In this document: piece by piece, positions 1 through 11,720 of the stretch
How the letters are laid out: each line of letters begins with the position of its first letter
How positions within the stretch are numbered: position 1 is the first letter of the stretch
DNA from: the human T2T-CHM13v2.0 reference genome, Homo sapiens
Assembly: GCF_009914755.1 (NCBI RefSeq)
Contig: NC_060933.1
Reading direction: 5' to 3' (one strand)
DNA: 64,000 bases
Made by a program: the position numbers and the translations under genes
Notes under the pieces: model-generated
Database searches by the model: none
What the model saw: only the letters and a program-made list of their open reading frames with translations
What the model was told of the DNA's origin: nothing

Positions 1-349
1 ACAGGGCATTAGGTAACCTTCCCAGTGTCCCACGGCTGCACCCGCAGAACCAGCTCCCACACTTGGCCATCTGCCTCAAGGCCCAAGCTCTTCCCCACTC
101 CAGGCTGCATGGCACAGCAGAAACGCAGGCCTGGTGCCAGATAGGCGGTGAGAAGCCTGGCTCAGCCTAATAGTTCTGTGCCTTTTGCAACTCACTGAAA
201 CTCTCTGGGACTATTTATCTCTAAAATGGAGATTTAAATGCAAGCACCCAGCTCACTGGGCCTATCAGGAGGATTTTGGGACGTGATGTAGGCAAAACAC
301 TCAGTTCCATGCCTGGCACATGTAAGGGCTAAATGAATGGCAGCAGCTA

Positions 350-475
350 TGATGGTGAGGAGGAGGAGGAAAAAAAAGGAGAAGGAAGAGGAGGAAGAAA
401 AGGAGGAGGTGGAGGAAAAGGAAGAGGGAGAAGAAAAGGAAGCAGAGAAAGAAGAGAAAGAGGAGGAGGGGAACG
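350..475. repeat. GA-rich low-complexity purine tract
   Basis: gaggaggaggaggaaaaaaaaggagaaggaagaggagg... almost pure purine; explains the E/K- and S/F-rich ORFs here. Confidence 0.95.
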
Positions 476-1551
476 TGGACACCCACTGCCTACTCAGACT
501 TGTTATTTCCGGCCTCTCCCTTGGCTTAGATGAGCCAATCTGCCATGTCAGCCAAAGGCAAGAAGGGCCCAGTCACCCACAGTTCCCATGCAGGGGGCTT
601 CTCTCCCGCATTTCCCCCTGACAGCCCCTTCCTTGATCCCAGCAGCTCCCAAAGCCCCAAGTATAAGAAGCCCCATAAACAAATCCATTGAAGGCAAGGT
701 CACCCTTTGGGCCTGTAAATCAATAGGCTTTCCATGGCCATTTGCAGAATCAAAGGCATAGTCAGCTCCAGATAATACATCATGCTAGAGAGGCCAGGGG
801 GTGGGAGCTGTCATCTCCACTCCACGAGCAGGAAAATCTATGTCTTCTCTTGGGCCCTGGTGCTAGTGTCACTGAGGGCTGCCCACTTGGTCTCTTGCAT
901 GAGCCAGGGTGGGGCAAGTGGCTATAGCTGCTGTAAGCGTGTGTGTGTAGAGAAGAGAGATTTGTTGTGTCGGGTTTTTTGTTTGTTTGTTTGTGTTTTT
1001 TTCCTAAGAGGCCATCAGCATTCTGGCAGCGTCCTGAGAAATTCATCAAATTATTTAACCTTTGCTGGAATAAATAATACATGTGCTTTCTCAGGATTTA
1101 TTCTGATTAAGCCGTTCTGGAGTGGTGCCAGGCCTGAGCCAGCCCCAGGAAAGGCAGGAAAGAGGCTGGTGGCACAGGATGGGAAATCAGAGGCCAGCTG
1201 AGGGCTGGATGGGAGGGGGCCGATGAGGCTGGAGGGCCCTTGTGGTGGAGATGGACCCCTATAAGCCCCTCCAGGTTGGTGGGTCGTTGAGGAAGAAGAT
1301 GAGCTCCATCAGCCTCTGTCTCTCCACCTGTAGGCTTTTTGCCTTCCTCTGGACATAAAAAGGGAGGTACAGTGGAGAGAGGGCTGAATTGGGGTTTGAA
1401 AATGTGGCTTAGAACTGCGAAGTGACCACCCGCATGTCCAGGAGTCTGAGAACCAAGCGGACCTGGGTTTGAATCCCTGCTCCACTCTGCCATCTGCTTC
1501 CATATGCACTTGCCCAGAGGGTGCTTGGGAAGCCCAGGATCTGCCCACAGT

Positions 1552-1683
1552 GAGTGCTCACCTTGATACTAGGTTGCTAGTATTGAGGTGATACTAGTTT
1601 CAAGTGCTTACCTCGATACTAGGTTGCTAGTATCGAGATGCTACTAGGTGATACTAGGTTTCGAGTGTTCACCTCCATACTAC
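1552..1683. repeat. ~50-bp tandem units each containing a hairpin
   Basis: caccttgatactag-gttg-ctagtattgaggtg (1559-1590) and ctcgatactag-gttg-ctagtatcgag (1612-1637); third partial copy at 1663-1683. Confidence 0.9.
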
Positions 1684-1757
1684 ATTGGAACATATTAAAC
1701 TGATAGGTGACCAGCTTTAACCTACAAAAGGACCATTTCATATGACTCAACCTATGT
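1678..1757. mobile_element. MADE2 mariner-derived MITE (degraded)
   Basis: ~80 bp ending aacctacaaaaggaccatttcatatgactcaaccta, matching the remembered MADE2 end gacctacaaaaatggcaatttcatatggttcaacctaata. Confidence 0.7.
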
Positions 1758-1774
1758 AGGCATGGAGTGATGAT

Positions 1775-1990
1775 AATTAGAAGCACTAACATTGAGAGCT
1801 TTCTAGATGCTCTAATCTATATGCTTCCAACAAATAACCTTCTTTAAACTTCAGTCCTACAAGGTCTATACCATTATTTTCATCCTCATTTTATAGGTAG
1901 GGAAACTGAGGCCCAGAGAGGTCAGGAGCCTGCTGAAGGTCATCTAGTTGACAGAGGGCTGAGCTGGGATATGAACACAGTCTAGCCTAA
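1775..1990 (-). mobile_element. MIR SINE
   Basis: cattttataggtagggaaactgaggcccagagagg = reverse MIR core. Confidence 0.85.
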
Positions 1991-2614
1991 GAACTCCTGT
2001 CAATGATATACCATGATGTCACTTCTGCTTCACCTTCCCTGGGAGGACATTGTCACTGGAAAAGGCTAGAAAAGGCTCTAGATTTCCAGAGTGGATGGCC
2101 TATGTGGAGGGTAAATGATATACAAAGGAGATAAACTGCAAAATCTGAGCCCATCAGTGACATGAAATTTGCAAGAACTTGATTTCAGTGAGAATCTAGA
2201 TAATTTACAGAGACTTCAAAAGTGGGGAATCAGAGTGTCTGGAACTTTTGCATAGGCAGAGGTGTTGGAGGCTCCCAGAAATGTTCTAGAGAGATCTAGA
2301 AGCCAGCCACAGCAATCACATCTCTAGAAAAGGCTCTGGATTTTAGGAAAAGATGCCTCTTTGGCTTGCTGAGCACCAGATATGGAAGCCTGCAAGTCTT
2401 AGAGGCCAGTACACAGGACCTAGGACAGAGCTGGTCTAAACGCAGAGGTGAGAGGTGGGGCCCGGGAAGCCGGCCTCACTTTCCTTCCTGGGGCCTCAGT
2501 TTCCTCTGCTGCTGAGTTGGTGGGTGGCCTCTCTCCACAGTCCCTCTGAGCTGTACCATCCTGTAATCACCATCCTGCAATCTCCATGCATTTGCACAGC
2601 CAAGGAGAGCCGGC

Positions 2615-2800
2615 AGGGGCTCTGGGGCAAGTCAGCTTGGATCCTAATCCGCTCCATCACTGAGCAGCTGTGTGACCTTGGGCAGGTGACCTGACTCCTC
2701 GGCACTCATTTCTTTATCTGCCCCAACAGGGGAGCAGTAATTCCTACCTCTAGGCTAGTAGGTTTGGTTAAACAAGAGGATTCTGTAGAGTGCCTAGCTA
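2615..2800 (+). mobile_element. MIR SINE
   Basis: gctgtgtgaccttgggcaggtgacctgactcctc MIR core. Confidence 0.8.
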
Positions 2801-3059
2801 CGAGAGGGGATGACAGAAGTAGCAGCTGCCGTCTCGATGGCCAGGTAGGCCTGGGCAAGGACAGAGGGAAGAGAGGAGAACAGAAACACCAGAATCCCGG
2901 GGAGTGTCCCAGGAGAGGAGACAATGGGGTGCTGGCTAGGACCCCAACTCCCTCCTTCCCCAGGGATTCAAATTTCAAAGCTTCACAGGACAGAAAACCA
3001 CAGCATTCCTACAAGTGCCAGTGGGCTCTGGGCCCTTGCTCAGGAGCAGAAACCTGGGT

Positions 3060-3660
3060 TTGGAAAAGATTCTCAATTGCCCAGCGATAACCCCAAATAA
3101 TCTCTCTTGAAACCACATATCATTTTCCTCTTAAAGAAACGCAATCTCTAATTAGAGTTTCCTCTGAACGTTTTCTCTTTGAAAAAAATTAAAAATGTAT
3201 AAACCCTCCTGTATCGTGTATGTATATTTCATTGCTGCATAATTGGGATCTTTGTCAGTAACTGGGGTAGCAAGCGACAGCCTTTTAATCGGCTACAGAT
3301 GCTAATGTAGAGAGAGACATTTTCCTCCTCTTTGCTCAACTGTTCCAGCCAGAGACTAGAGTCCTCCCTAATAAGTATTTATGTCAAAATCTTTTTTGGG
3401 GAGTGGGGGGAGAGAGAGCAGCTGTAGCATAGTTGAAAGACGTGGCTCTGATTACAGTCGCCAGCCAAAGGGGGGGGATCACTTTTAGAGTGAAACAGTG
3501 TTAATCAAGTTAATCACAAAACCCGTGCTATAATTGCTTCTGCTCTCAGACAAAATTTTACTTTTATCTAAATTACTAAAGTGAGGAGAGAGCAATCCAC
3601 TCTAATTTAGCTTTTGAGCTAAGGAGAAAGCGTGTGTGGAAGGCTGGAGAGGTTTTTAAA
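3060..3660. promoter_or_regulatory. Candidate conserved non-coding element / enhancer
   Basis: No recognisable repeat; AT-rich with many TAAT/ATTA cores (ttaatcaagttaatca, tataattg, ctaattta). Conservation cannot be checked here. Confidence 0.35.
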
Positions 3661-3752
3661 CATCAGGAGAACTCATGCCATGGAATTCAGCTCTCCTCCT
3701 CCTTCCCTCCCTCCCTCACTACCTCCTCCCACCCTCCCTTCCTTCCTTTGAG

Positions 3753-3920
3753 ACAGCTTAGTCCGATGGTTGAAAACTTGGACTCCTGGATCTGCCACTT
3801 AAGGCTGCGTTAACAAGTTCCTTGGTCTCTCAGTGTCCTCAGTTTCTTCATCAGTGAAATGGGGATGATCTGCCTCAAGATTGTGAGGCAGATTAAACAA
3901 ATTGACGAGGATGACATACT
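3753..3920 (+). mobile_element. MIR SINE
   Basis: cctcagtttcttcatcagtgaaatggggatgat. Confidence 0.75.
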
Positions 3921-4004
3921 TGGCGTGTGCTTGGCGTGTGCATGTGCACACACGCATACACACCCCAATACTCAAGAAGTGTTAGTTGGTATTGTTAGCC
4001 CTCC

Positions 4005-4165
4005 ATTTTTCCTTCCTCTCTTCCTTCCTTTGCCTCTGCCTCTTCTCCTTCCTCCAACCCCTCTCCCTTTCCCTTCTTTCCCTCCTCTCCTCTCTCTTCT
4101 CCTCCTCTCTCTTGCCCTCCTCCTTCTTCTTCTCTCTCCCCTCCTGTCTTCTGACTCCTACCTCC
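4005..4165. repeat. CT-rich low-complexity pyrimidine tract
   Basis: ccttcctctcttccttcctttgcctctgcctcttctcc... Confidence 0.9.
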
Positions 4166-4814
4166 TGTTACTAAGCACTCACTCTGTATGAGGCATGACC
4201 TGTCTTCAGAGACTCACAGTCTGGTGCTCAATCAGTTCAAATACAAGCAGGGAATGAGTAAGGCCTCAGGATAACACAAAAAGAGCTATGGGCTTGGACC
4301 AGAGAGGACCCCTTCTTCCAGAGGCGACATCCAGAAAGGCTGCATGGAAAATGTGGTTTTGTAGCTGGGCGTTGAATGACACAGCTACAGTGACATAACA
4401 TAGAGTTATGAGGGTGGGGGGAACTGGGACCAGATAGAAGGACCAGCATGAGCAAAGGTCTGGAGCGGGGAGTAGACAGTTTAGGGATGCTGTGGCAGGG
4501 CTGGGTGCCATCGGCTGGGACTCAGTCCTGATGACAGGCCCAAGCTATCATTCCTGCCCTGTGCAGCCCTCAAGTCTCATCCAAGTCAGCTCTGAACATG
4601 GGCAGAAGAGAAGTCTTACTTTCCTCAACCTCCAGGAGACCCCGGGTTGGATCTCGCAATGGCCACTCGTTGTGTATGGACACAATCGTGTCATCATCGG
4701 CTGTCATACCCCACCTCCCCTCCTCCAGCCTCACTTTCTCCTGCAGCAGAGCCTCTTGAGGTCTTCCAAATTCATGCTTAGTCCAACGAGGAGCGGATGC
4801 CATCCAACTTGCCC

Positions 4815-5160
4815 GGAAACACAGATTAGAGAAAACACACACAGTCAATTTAACTGGCAATTAAACAGGCTCCCCTATGTAATTAGCGTCAAGACAACTC
4901 ACAATTACTACAGGGTGCACATTCGCAGCCGACGCTCCACATTTATATAGAGCGACAATTACTGGGCGCTAATATCTTAACAGGAAGAGAGGAAATTTGT
5001 GAAACCATTTCAAGGAGGCAGCCCATCTTGTCCCTTTGCACTGTAAATAACTCCTTTGTAAATGCAACTGTAAAATTAAAGAGGGAAGGCTTGAAATGAT
5101 GCAGATGAGAAATATTTACTCTGTTGAAAGTAAGTGATTGCTATTTTGAGATGACTGATT
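4815..5160. promoter_or_regulatory. Candidate conserved non-coding element / enhancer
   Basis: Repeat-free; clustered caatta/taatta homeobox cores, tgtaaata forkhead-like site, several retained CpGs. Confidence 0.4.
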
Positions 5161-5184
5161 TCAGGAGACTAACTAGTTGTGCCA

Positions 5185-5375
5185 TATTAGTAATAACAAA
5201 CACACATGCTGAAGGCTTCCCTTGTGCCAGGCCCATTATGGACTTTCTTGCATCTGGGTTTCACGATGACTGTCTCACAGAGACGGGGAACTGAGGTCAG
5301 GGAGGTGAAGAAGCTTCCCAAGGTCACACAGCTCACAAGGCAGGCAGCAGGGTATAAACCCGGGTCTGACCCCAA
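5185..5375 (-). mobile_element. MIR SINE
   Basis: acagagacggggaactgaggtcagggaggtgaagaagcttcccaaggtcacacagct. Confidence 0.85.
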
Positions 5376-5977
5376 AACCGTCGTGCAAAATCCACCTTGC
5401 ACATTGCTTCTGTCTGTGCCACCTGAAAGAGCTCTCACGTCCACTCCCAAAGACTAGCAAATGGGGGGAGGCAAAGGCTCAGAGAGGAAGGGGTTTGCCC
5501 CAGGTCTTGCAGCAAGTTCATGGCAGAGTGTGGCCAGGATCCCAGGTTGCTCATCATTGGCCCTTTCCTCTGTGCCCTAGAGTATGTACAGAAAATGATG
5601 CCTGTGGAAAGCTACCAATGAAGGTCCCTTCTGGTAAGACCATCTGCCCTAGATCTGCCTTGTAGGTCTGAGGTCCTTGTTCCCAGGAAGAGAGAGGCCT
5701 GGGGTGGCTTCAGGGTCAATAGATGCCACACAACATAAACAAGCAAAGAGAACATGTGAAACCAGCAAACATTGCACTGGTCACACAGTGAACATTTTCC
5801 TTTCTCTCCCCTTCTTTTAACCTTTAGAAATGCCCGCTGCAAGGAATAGCAACCATCCCGTAAATTAGGAACCCAGCAATTAGGAATACTTGGCCAGATA
5901 TAATATACAAGCTTAGTTCATCAAAGGACTTTAGCAGTAAAATCTACCCACCCCAAAGCCTATGTCAAGTTGGTGAA

Positions 5978-6700
<723 letters not shown>

Positions 6701-6927
6701 AAACAGCAATGAAGTCATTTTCTTGTTTGAAAAAATCAGTATTTGATGGAGAAGGAGCTAGCAGCTGGGAAGATATGACTTAAAGTTTTAATGTATTACT
6801 CTGTAAAATGCAGATAATCACAAATAGCTCACAGGGCTGTTGTGAGGTTTAAATGAAATAATCCATCTAATTTACCCAGCACCAACCATGCCTGACAAGT
6901 CACAGGCACTCAATGACCACCCATCCC

Positions 6928-7017
6928 TAAGGCGACCGACTTGTGCCAGTTTACCCAGGACTGTCCATCCTGGGAACCCCCTCAGTCCCAGGCAAACCAA
7001 GACAGTTGGTCACCCTA
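6928..7017 (-). mobile_element. MER81-like hAT-Blackjack MITE, internally deleted
   Basis: Termini taaggcgacc...ggtcacccta; internal gggaacccctcagtccc. Confidence 0.7.
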
Positions 7018-7326
7018 ACTATCCTCATCACTAAAATAATACGTGTGAGCTAATCTTTATTTGCCAGGCATACTGCCACGTATGTGGGGAAGATTCTCTC
7101 ATTTACCCCTTACAACCACCGTACTCAGCAAGGGGCCACAATTTTGATGCTACTGCCTACAGAACTCAGGGAGCACCAGAGAACATGGAGGTCAAAGATA
7201 GAGTTTTTCATGGATTCTTCCCTCAAGGGGCTGACAATCTAGGAAGAAAGAAACAGATGAATAGTAACAAGCATCACACAAGGGAGAAAGTGATTCTGGC
7301 AGATCCATCTTCCTCAAGGATAGTAA

Positions 7327-7534
<208 letters not shown>

Positions 7535-8224
7535 TAGCTACTTGCCTTGATAGCCAAGGTTGAGTTTGGCTGTGGAAATTTAGGGAAAATTATATCTGAC
7601 AATGATTTCCTTGACAAAATGAATTTGACTTAGTTCTCCCATTGGGGAGTCTTGTTCTAAATCTATTTGTTTACAAATTGGAAATCCTTTAAGTCACCCG
7701 AGGGCTGGTGGAGGCTGTTCAGCCCCTTTACTCCCGGCAGCCCTGGGGATGAAGAAGAATCTGTTCTCGGGGTGCTCTGGGTGATGTCAGCATTCCCCCA
7801 CTTGCTAAGAAAGGTATACGAAATCAAACTTATCAGTTCCACTCGTCACCTCTCTCCTCGCGGCTGGGCCCTTCACTTTTACGTTTTCATTGTTTTAAAA
7901 AGTCATAGACAAAGCATTATATTACCAGGAACACAACACACGCATGCAGCGTTACCCGGTGAAGCCAATTTTATACTCAGCCCTGATGTCTTCTGGAAGG
8001 GCCAAGCCCACAAAGGGCATTGAGGCACCTTGGGTGGACTGTGGTTTCTGAGGAGATCCAAAGGTGAACTTGGGCATTTAATGCCTCATGACCTTCAGCT
8101 GCGGAAACCAGAGGGCTCATCTGGCCAGGTTTCCACTCACCTTCCCTTCATTTCAGTTCGATAGTGAGTGTTCACTTTCTGGTCTTACTGGCCAAACTCA
8201 GGCTCCTTCTCAGAGCCTGCGAGT

Positions 8225-8465
8225 TCATTCGTCATTCACCCAGGTTTCATGGAGGGCTCTTGGGACCAGGAGGCCTACACTCAGCTGCACAGATAAACAG
8301 GTCAGTGTTGGAGACACGCAGCCCGACACGTGTATAAACAGCGAGGCAATGTCAGCCTTGAGAGGTCCAAAGAGCGGGCTGCAAAATGTGTGATGAGGGC
8401 AGGAAGGAAGGGGGCAGGGACTCAAGGGAGGCTTCTCAGAGGCGGCAGTATTGGGGCTGAGCCCA
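8225..8465 (-). mobile_element. L2 LINE fragment
   Basis: ttcattcgtcattca start; agggaggcttctcagaggcggcagtattggggctgag. Confidence 0.55.
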
Positions 8466-8499
8466 GCACATCTGCAGTCCCTCCTCCGTGAAAAGAAAA

Positions 8500-8665
8500 T
8501 TAGGTTTTCAATCCCTGGCCTGCTTCTTATGGTCGGGGGCTTTAAGCAAGTCGTCTAAGCTTTCTGGACTCAGTTTCTACATCTGCAGAATGGAGAATGA
8601 TGATTGTACCTAACTCGTGAAGGCGTCGTGAGAATTAAATAAGACAACGTGTATCATGCACTCAG
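8500..8665 (+). mobile_element. MIR SINE
   Basis: ctcagtttctacatctgcagaatggagaatgatgattgtacctaactc. Confidence 0.8.
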
Positions 8666-9286
8666 AACACGCAGTCGTTTATTTAACAAGTACTTACTAA
8701 GCACTGATTTGATGCCAGGCAGTGTTCTGGGCAACGCAGAACACAGAGGCAGACCCAGGCCCCACAGTGACTTCACAGGACCCGGAACATGGGTTTGGGA
8801 CGATTAAACGGGAGTTGTCATCATTATCATCGCACCTGCCTTAACCCAATGGGTCAAAACAGGGCCCAGAAGCAACACCACCCAGGTGGCCCCAGATCCC
8901 CAAACTCCCTCTGCCCTCAACTAGGAGGCACTGAATTAAAACTTTAACCAACACGTGCATAACAATAGCGAGGCAATATCAGCCTTGAGAGGTCTCATCT
9001 TCAAAACAAGAATGAGGGAATTAAGCTTTCTGAAAGCAGGAAGTTAGCCCAGCTTTTAGATGCAAAAAACAAATGTCAGGCTCCAGTTTGGAGAGAAGTC
9101 TTGGGACTGGAGGACCCTATCGTTCACCCCAGTTTCCACCTTCACGGTAAATATGTCGCCACCAACCTTGTAATGTTGGTAGTGATGGCCACTGGCAGCT
9201 GAATGTTCACAGCGTGCCAGGTGCTTACCTGGTCTGGCTTTAGCCCTCTACAACCTGTGAAATGCCCCCAGGGAGGTACTTTATAT

Positions 9287-9450
9287 CAAGGCTCTCAAAC
9301 GTTGGCAGGCATCAGACTCACCAGGAGGGTTTGGGAAACACCCCTAAGGTGTTTCAGTAGATCTGAGGTGGGGTCTGAGGTGGGGTCTGAGAATCTGCAT
9401 TTGCAACAAGTTCCCAGGCAATACTGATGTTGCTGGTTCAGGGACCACTG
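9287..9450 (+). mobile_element. MER5A hAT-Charlie MITE inside a MIR
   Basis: ctctcaaac...gcatcagactcaccaggaggg...gagaatctgcatttgcaacaagttcccagg...gggaccac. Confidence 0.85.
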
Positions 9451-9547
9451 GCTTAGAACTTTAACCCCATTTTACAGGTGAGGAAACTGAGGCTCCGCGA
9501 GGTAAAGTGACTAGTGCATTCACACAGCTAGAAAGGAGCAGGGCCTG

Positions 9548-9660
9548 TGGTGTGATCGACTGACCTGGTTTGCTTGGGACGGAGGGATTTCTGGGGACAT
9601 GGGACTTTCAGTGCTAAAACCAGGACAGTCCCAGATAAACCAGGGCAGTTGGTCACCCTA
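9548..9660 (+). mobile_element. MER81-like hAT-Blackjack MITE
   Basis: gggactttcagtgctaaaaccaggacagtccc...gttggtcacccta. Confidence 0.8.
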
Positions 9661-9759
9661 TTTTCAACCCAGGCCTGAGTGACTCCATTGCCGTGTCTAG
9701 AGGCACTTCAGAGTTTACAAAGGGCCTTTACATCCATTAATACTGTTGCTATTATTATT

Positions 9760-10275
9760 AATAGCCACTATTTATTAAAAGTGAATTATATATTCTAAGT
9801 GCTTTACATCCAAGATCACTCTGAATTCTCATAACACCCCTAAGAACTAGGAGTTATGTTTTCCATGTTGCAGTGGTAAACTGGGGCATAGAACAGGGTG
9901 ATTTTTCCAGGTCACATGGCTACTAAGTGGCAGAGATGAGATTGAATGCTAGGCTCTGCCTTGTCTCTGCACGGGGCCTCCCAGTAGAAAGGTGAGCCTG
10001 AGGGACTGGGTGTGGAATGCAGTGTGGTGGTTCCCAGCCTTGGTTCTAGAACCAGAGTGTTCAAATCCCAGCTCTGATGCTTGCTGGTGGTACAATCATG
10101 GGTAAGTCACTCCAGGGGTTCAGTGTCCCCTACTTTAAAATGGAGATCATAATAACAGTGGCCTTGTTATTGTTGGAGTGAATGTGTACTATGGGCCAGA
10201 GTATCGTTGAAGGGTTAAGTGGGTTAATGCCAGAGGGAGTGCACAGAACAGGGCGTAGCACTGAAGGCTCAGTAA
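9760..10275. mobile_element. Two MIR fragments (minus then plus)
   Basis: ggtcacatggctactaagtggcagag; gttcaaatcccagctctg...tactttaaaatggagat. Confidence 0.7.
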
Positions 10276-10277
10276 GT

Positions 10278-10908
10278 GTCTCCAGTCTGCCAGCCCACCC
10301 TGCAGACTTGGGACTTCCCAGCCTCCACAATTGATTAAAATCTCTCTTTCTCTCTGTCTCTGTCTATATGTGCTGTATCTTTATCTATCTATCTATCTAT
10401 TTACCTATCTATCTATCTATTTTTCTATCTATCTAGTCTGTCTATCATCTATCATCTATCTAATCTATCATCTATCCACCTATCTAGTCTGTCTGTCTAA
10501 TCTATCCTCTATGTATTTATCATCTATCTAGTCTGTCTGTCTAATCTATCTATCTATCTAGTCGTCTGTCTAATCTAACATCTACCTATCTAGTCTGTCT
10601 AATCTATCGTCTATCTACCTAGTCATCTGTCTAATCTATCATCAATCTATCATCTATCTAGTCTGTTATCTGTTATTGTCTGTTATAGATTATTATCATA
10701 ATCTATCATCAATCTATCATCTAATTTATCATCTATCCACCTATCTAGTCTGTCTAATCTATCATCTCTCTATTTATCATCTATCTATCTAGTCTGTCTG
10801 TCTAATTTATCTGTTATCTATCTAGTCATCTGTCTAATCTACCATCAATCTATCATCTATCTAATCTATCATTTATCTAGTCTGTCTGTGTATCTATCTA
10901 TCTATCTG

Positions 10909-10942
<34 letters not shown>

Positions 10943-11008
10943 ATCTCTCTCTCTCTCTCTCTCTCTCTCCTGTTGGTTCAGTTTCTCTAGAGAGCCCTGA
11001 CTGATATA
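10278..11008 (+). mobile_element. MLT2 (ERVL) LTR 3' part carrying an expanded microsatellite
   Basis: cctgcagacttgggacttcccagcctccacaatt ... tcctgttggttcagtttctctagagagccctgactgatata. Confidence 0.75.
10341..10968. repeat. Compound (TCTA/TCTG/TCA)n + (TC)n microsatellite, ~630 bp
   Basis: Directly visible. Confidence 0.97.
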
Positions 11009-11204
11009 CCCACCACCTCTCAGCAGCTCCCAGTCCTTATCTGAAAGATGAGGATGACTGCAGGATAGACCCCTATCCTGGTTTCTTCCAAAAACCTGTG
11101 GATGTATGTGAAACTCGGGCCAGAATTAGAAAGCCAAAGTCAGTCTGGGACATCCTTGGATTTCAGGAGCTCCATGAACTGTCTGAAATTTTATGTAACA
11201 CTCT

Positions 11205-11720
11205 CATTTATTCATTCAAGAAATCATTATTGCTTGTCTCCTTGGGACCAGGCATTGTGCCAGATGCTGGGGATGCAGAGGGGAATGATTCAGAATGGGA
11301 TGGTCAAGAAACAAGACAATCAGCAAGTGGCAACCAACAAATAGACAGTGACCCCTCGTGCCAAGCGTAGGTGGGAAGAGGACGGGAGCCGACAGGAAGG
11401 CCCTCAGCTCTAGACAGACTTCTGAGCTGGGGCCTGACAAAGGAGGGGGCACCAGCCAGCCCAGGAGGGAATGGGGTGGTGTGGAGGGAACAGCAGGATG
11501 TGCAAGGGCACTGCGTCAGGAAGGAGTTCAGAGAGACAGAGAAAAGACAGTCCAGGGTGGTGGGAAGGGAAGTGTGAGGCAGGGAGGAGACCGGAGAGCT
11601 AGGCTGGACTTGATCACAGGACTTGGGATTTTATCCCCAGGCCAATGGGAGCCATTGAAGGGTTTTGAGCAGGGGTGACGTGGTCCATTTGAGAGTTGCT
11701 CTTTGACTCCAGTGTGCCTG
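11205..11720 (-). mobile_element. L2 LINE 3' fragment
   Basis: cattcattcaag...ccaggcattgtgccagatgctggggatgcagag...gggagccattgaagggttttgagcagggg. Confidence 0.85.

Noticed and set aside
234-621. E/K-, S/F- and G/R-rich ORFs
   Set aside because: Translations of the GA-rich simple repeat in all frames
1552-1683. Palindromic repeats resembling a CRISPR array
   Set aside because: Only 2.5 units, inter-hairpin parts are themselves repeated, no unique spacers or cas genes, primate DNA
3859-4191. 110-aa hydrophobic L/P-rich ORF resembling a membrane protein
   Set aside because: MIR plus CT-rich low-complexity tract
4492-4950. 152-aa ORF
   Set aside because: Non-ATG start, no recognisable domain; length is unremarkable for chance ORFs
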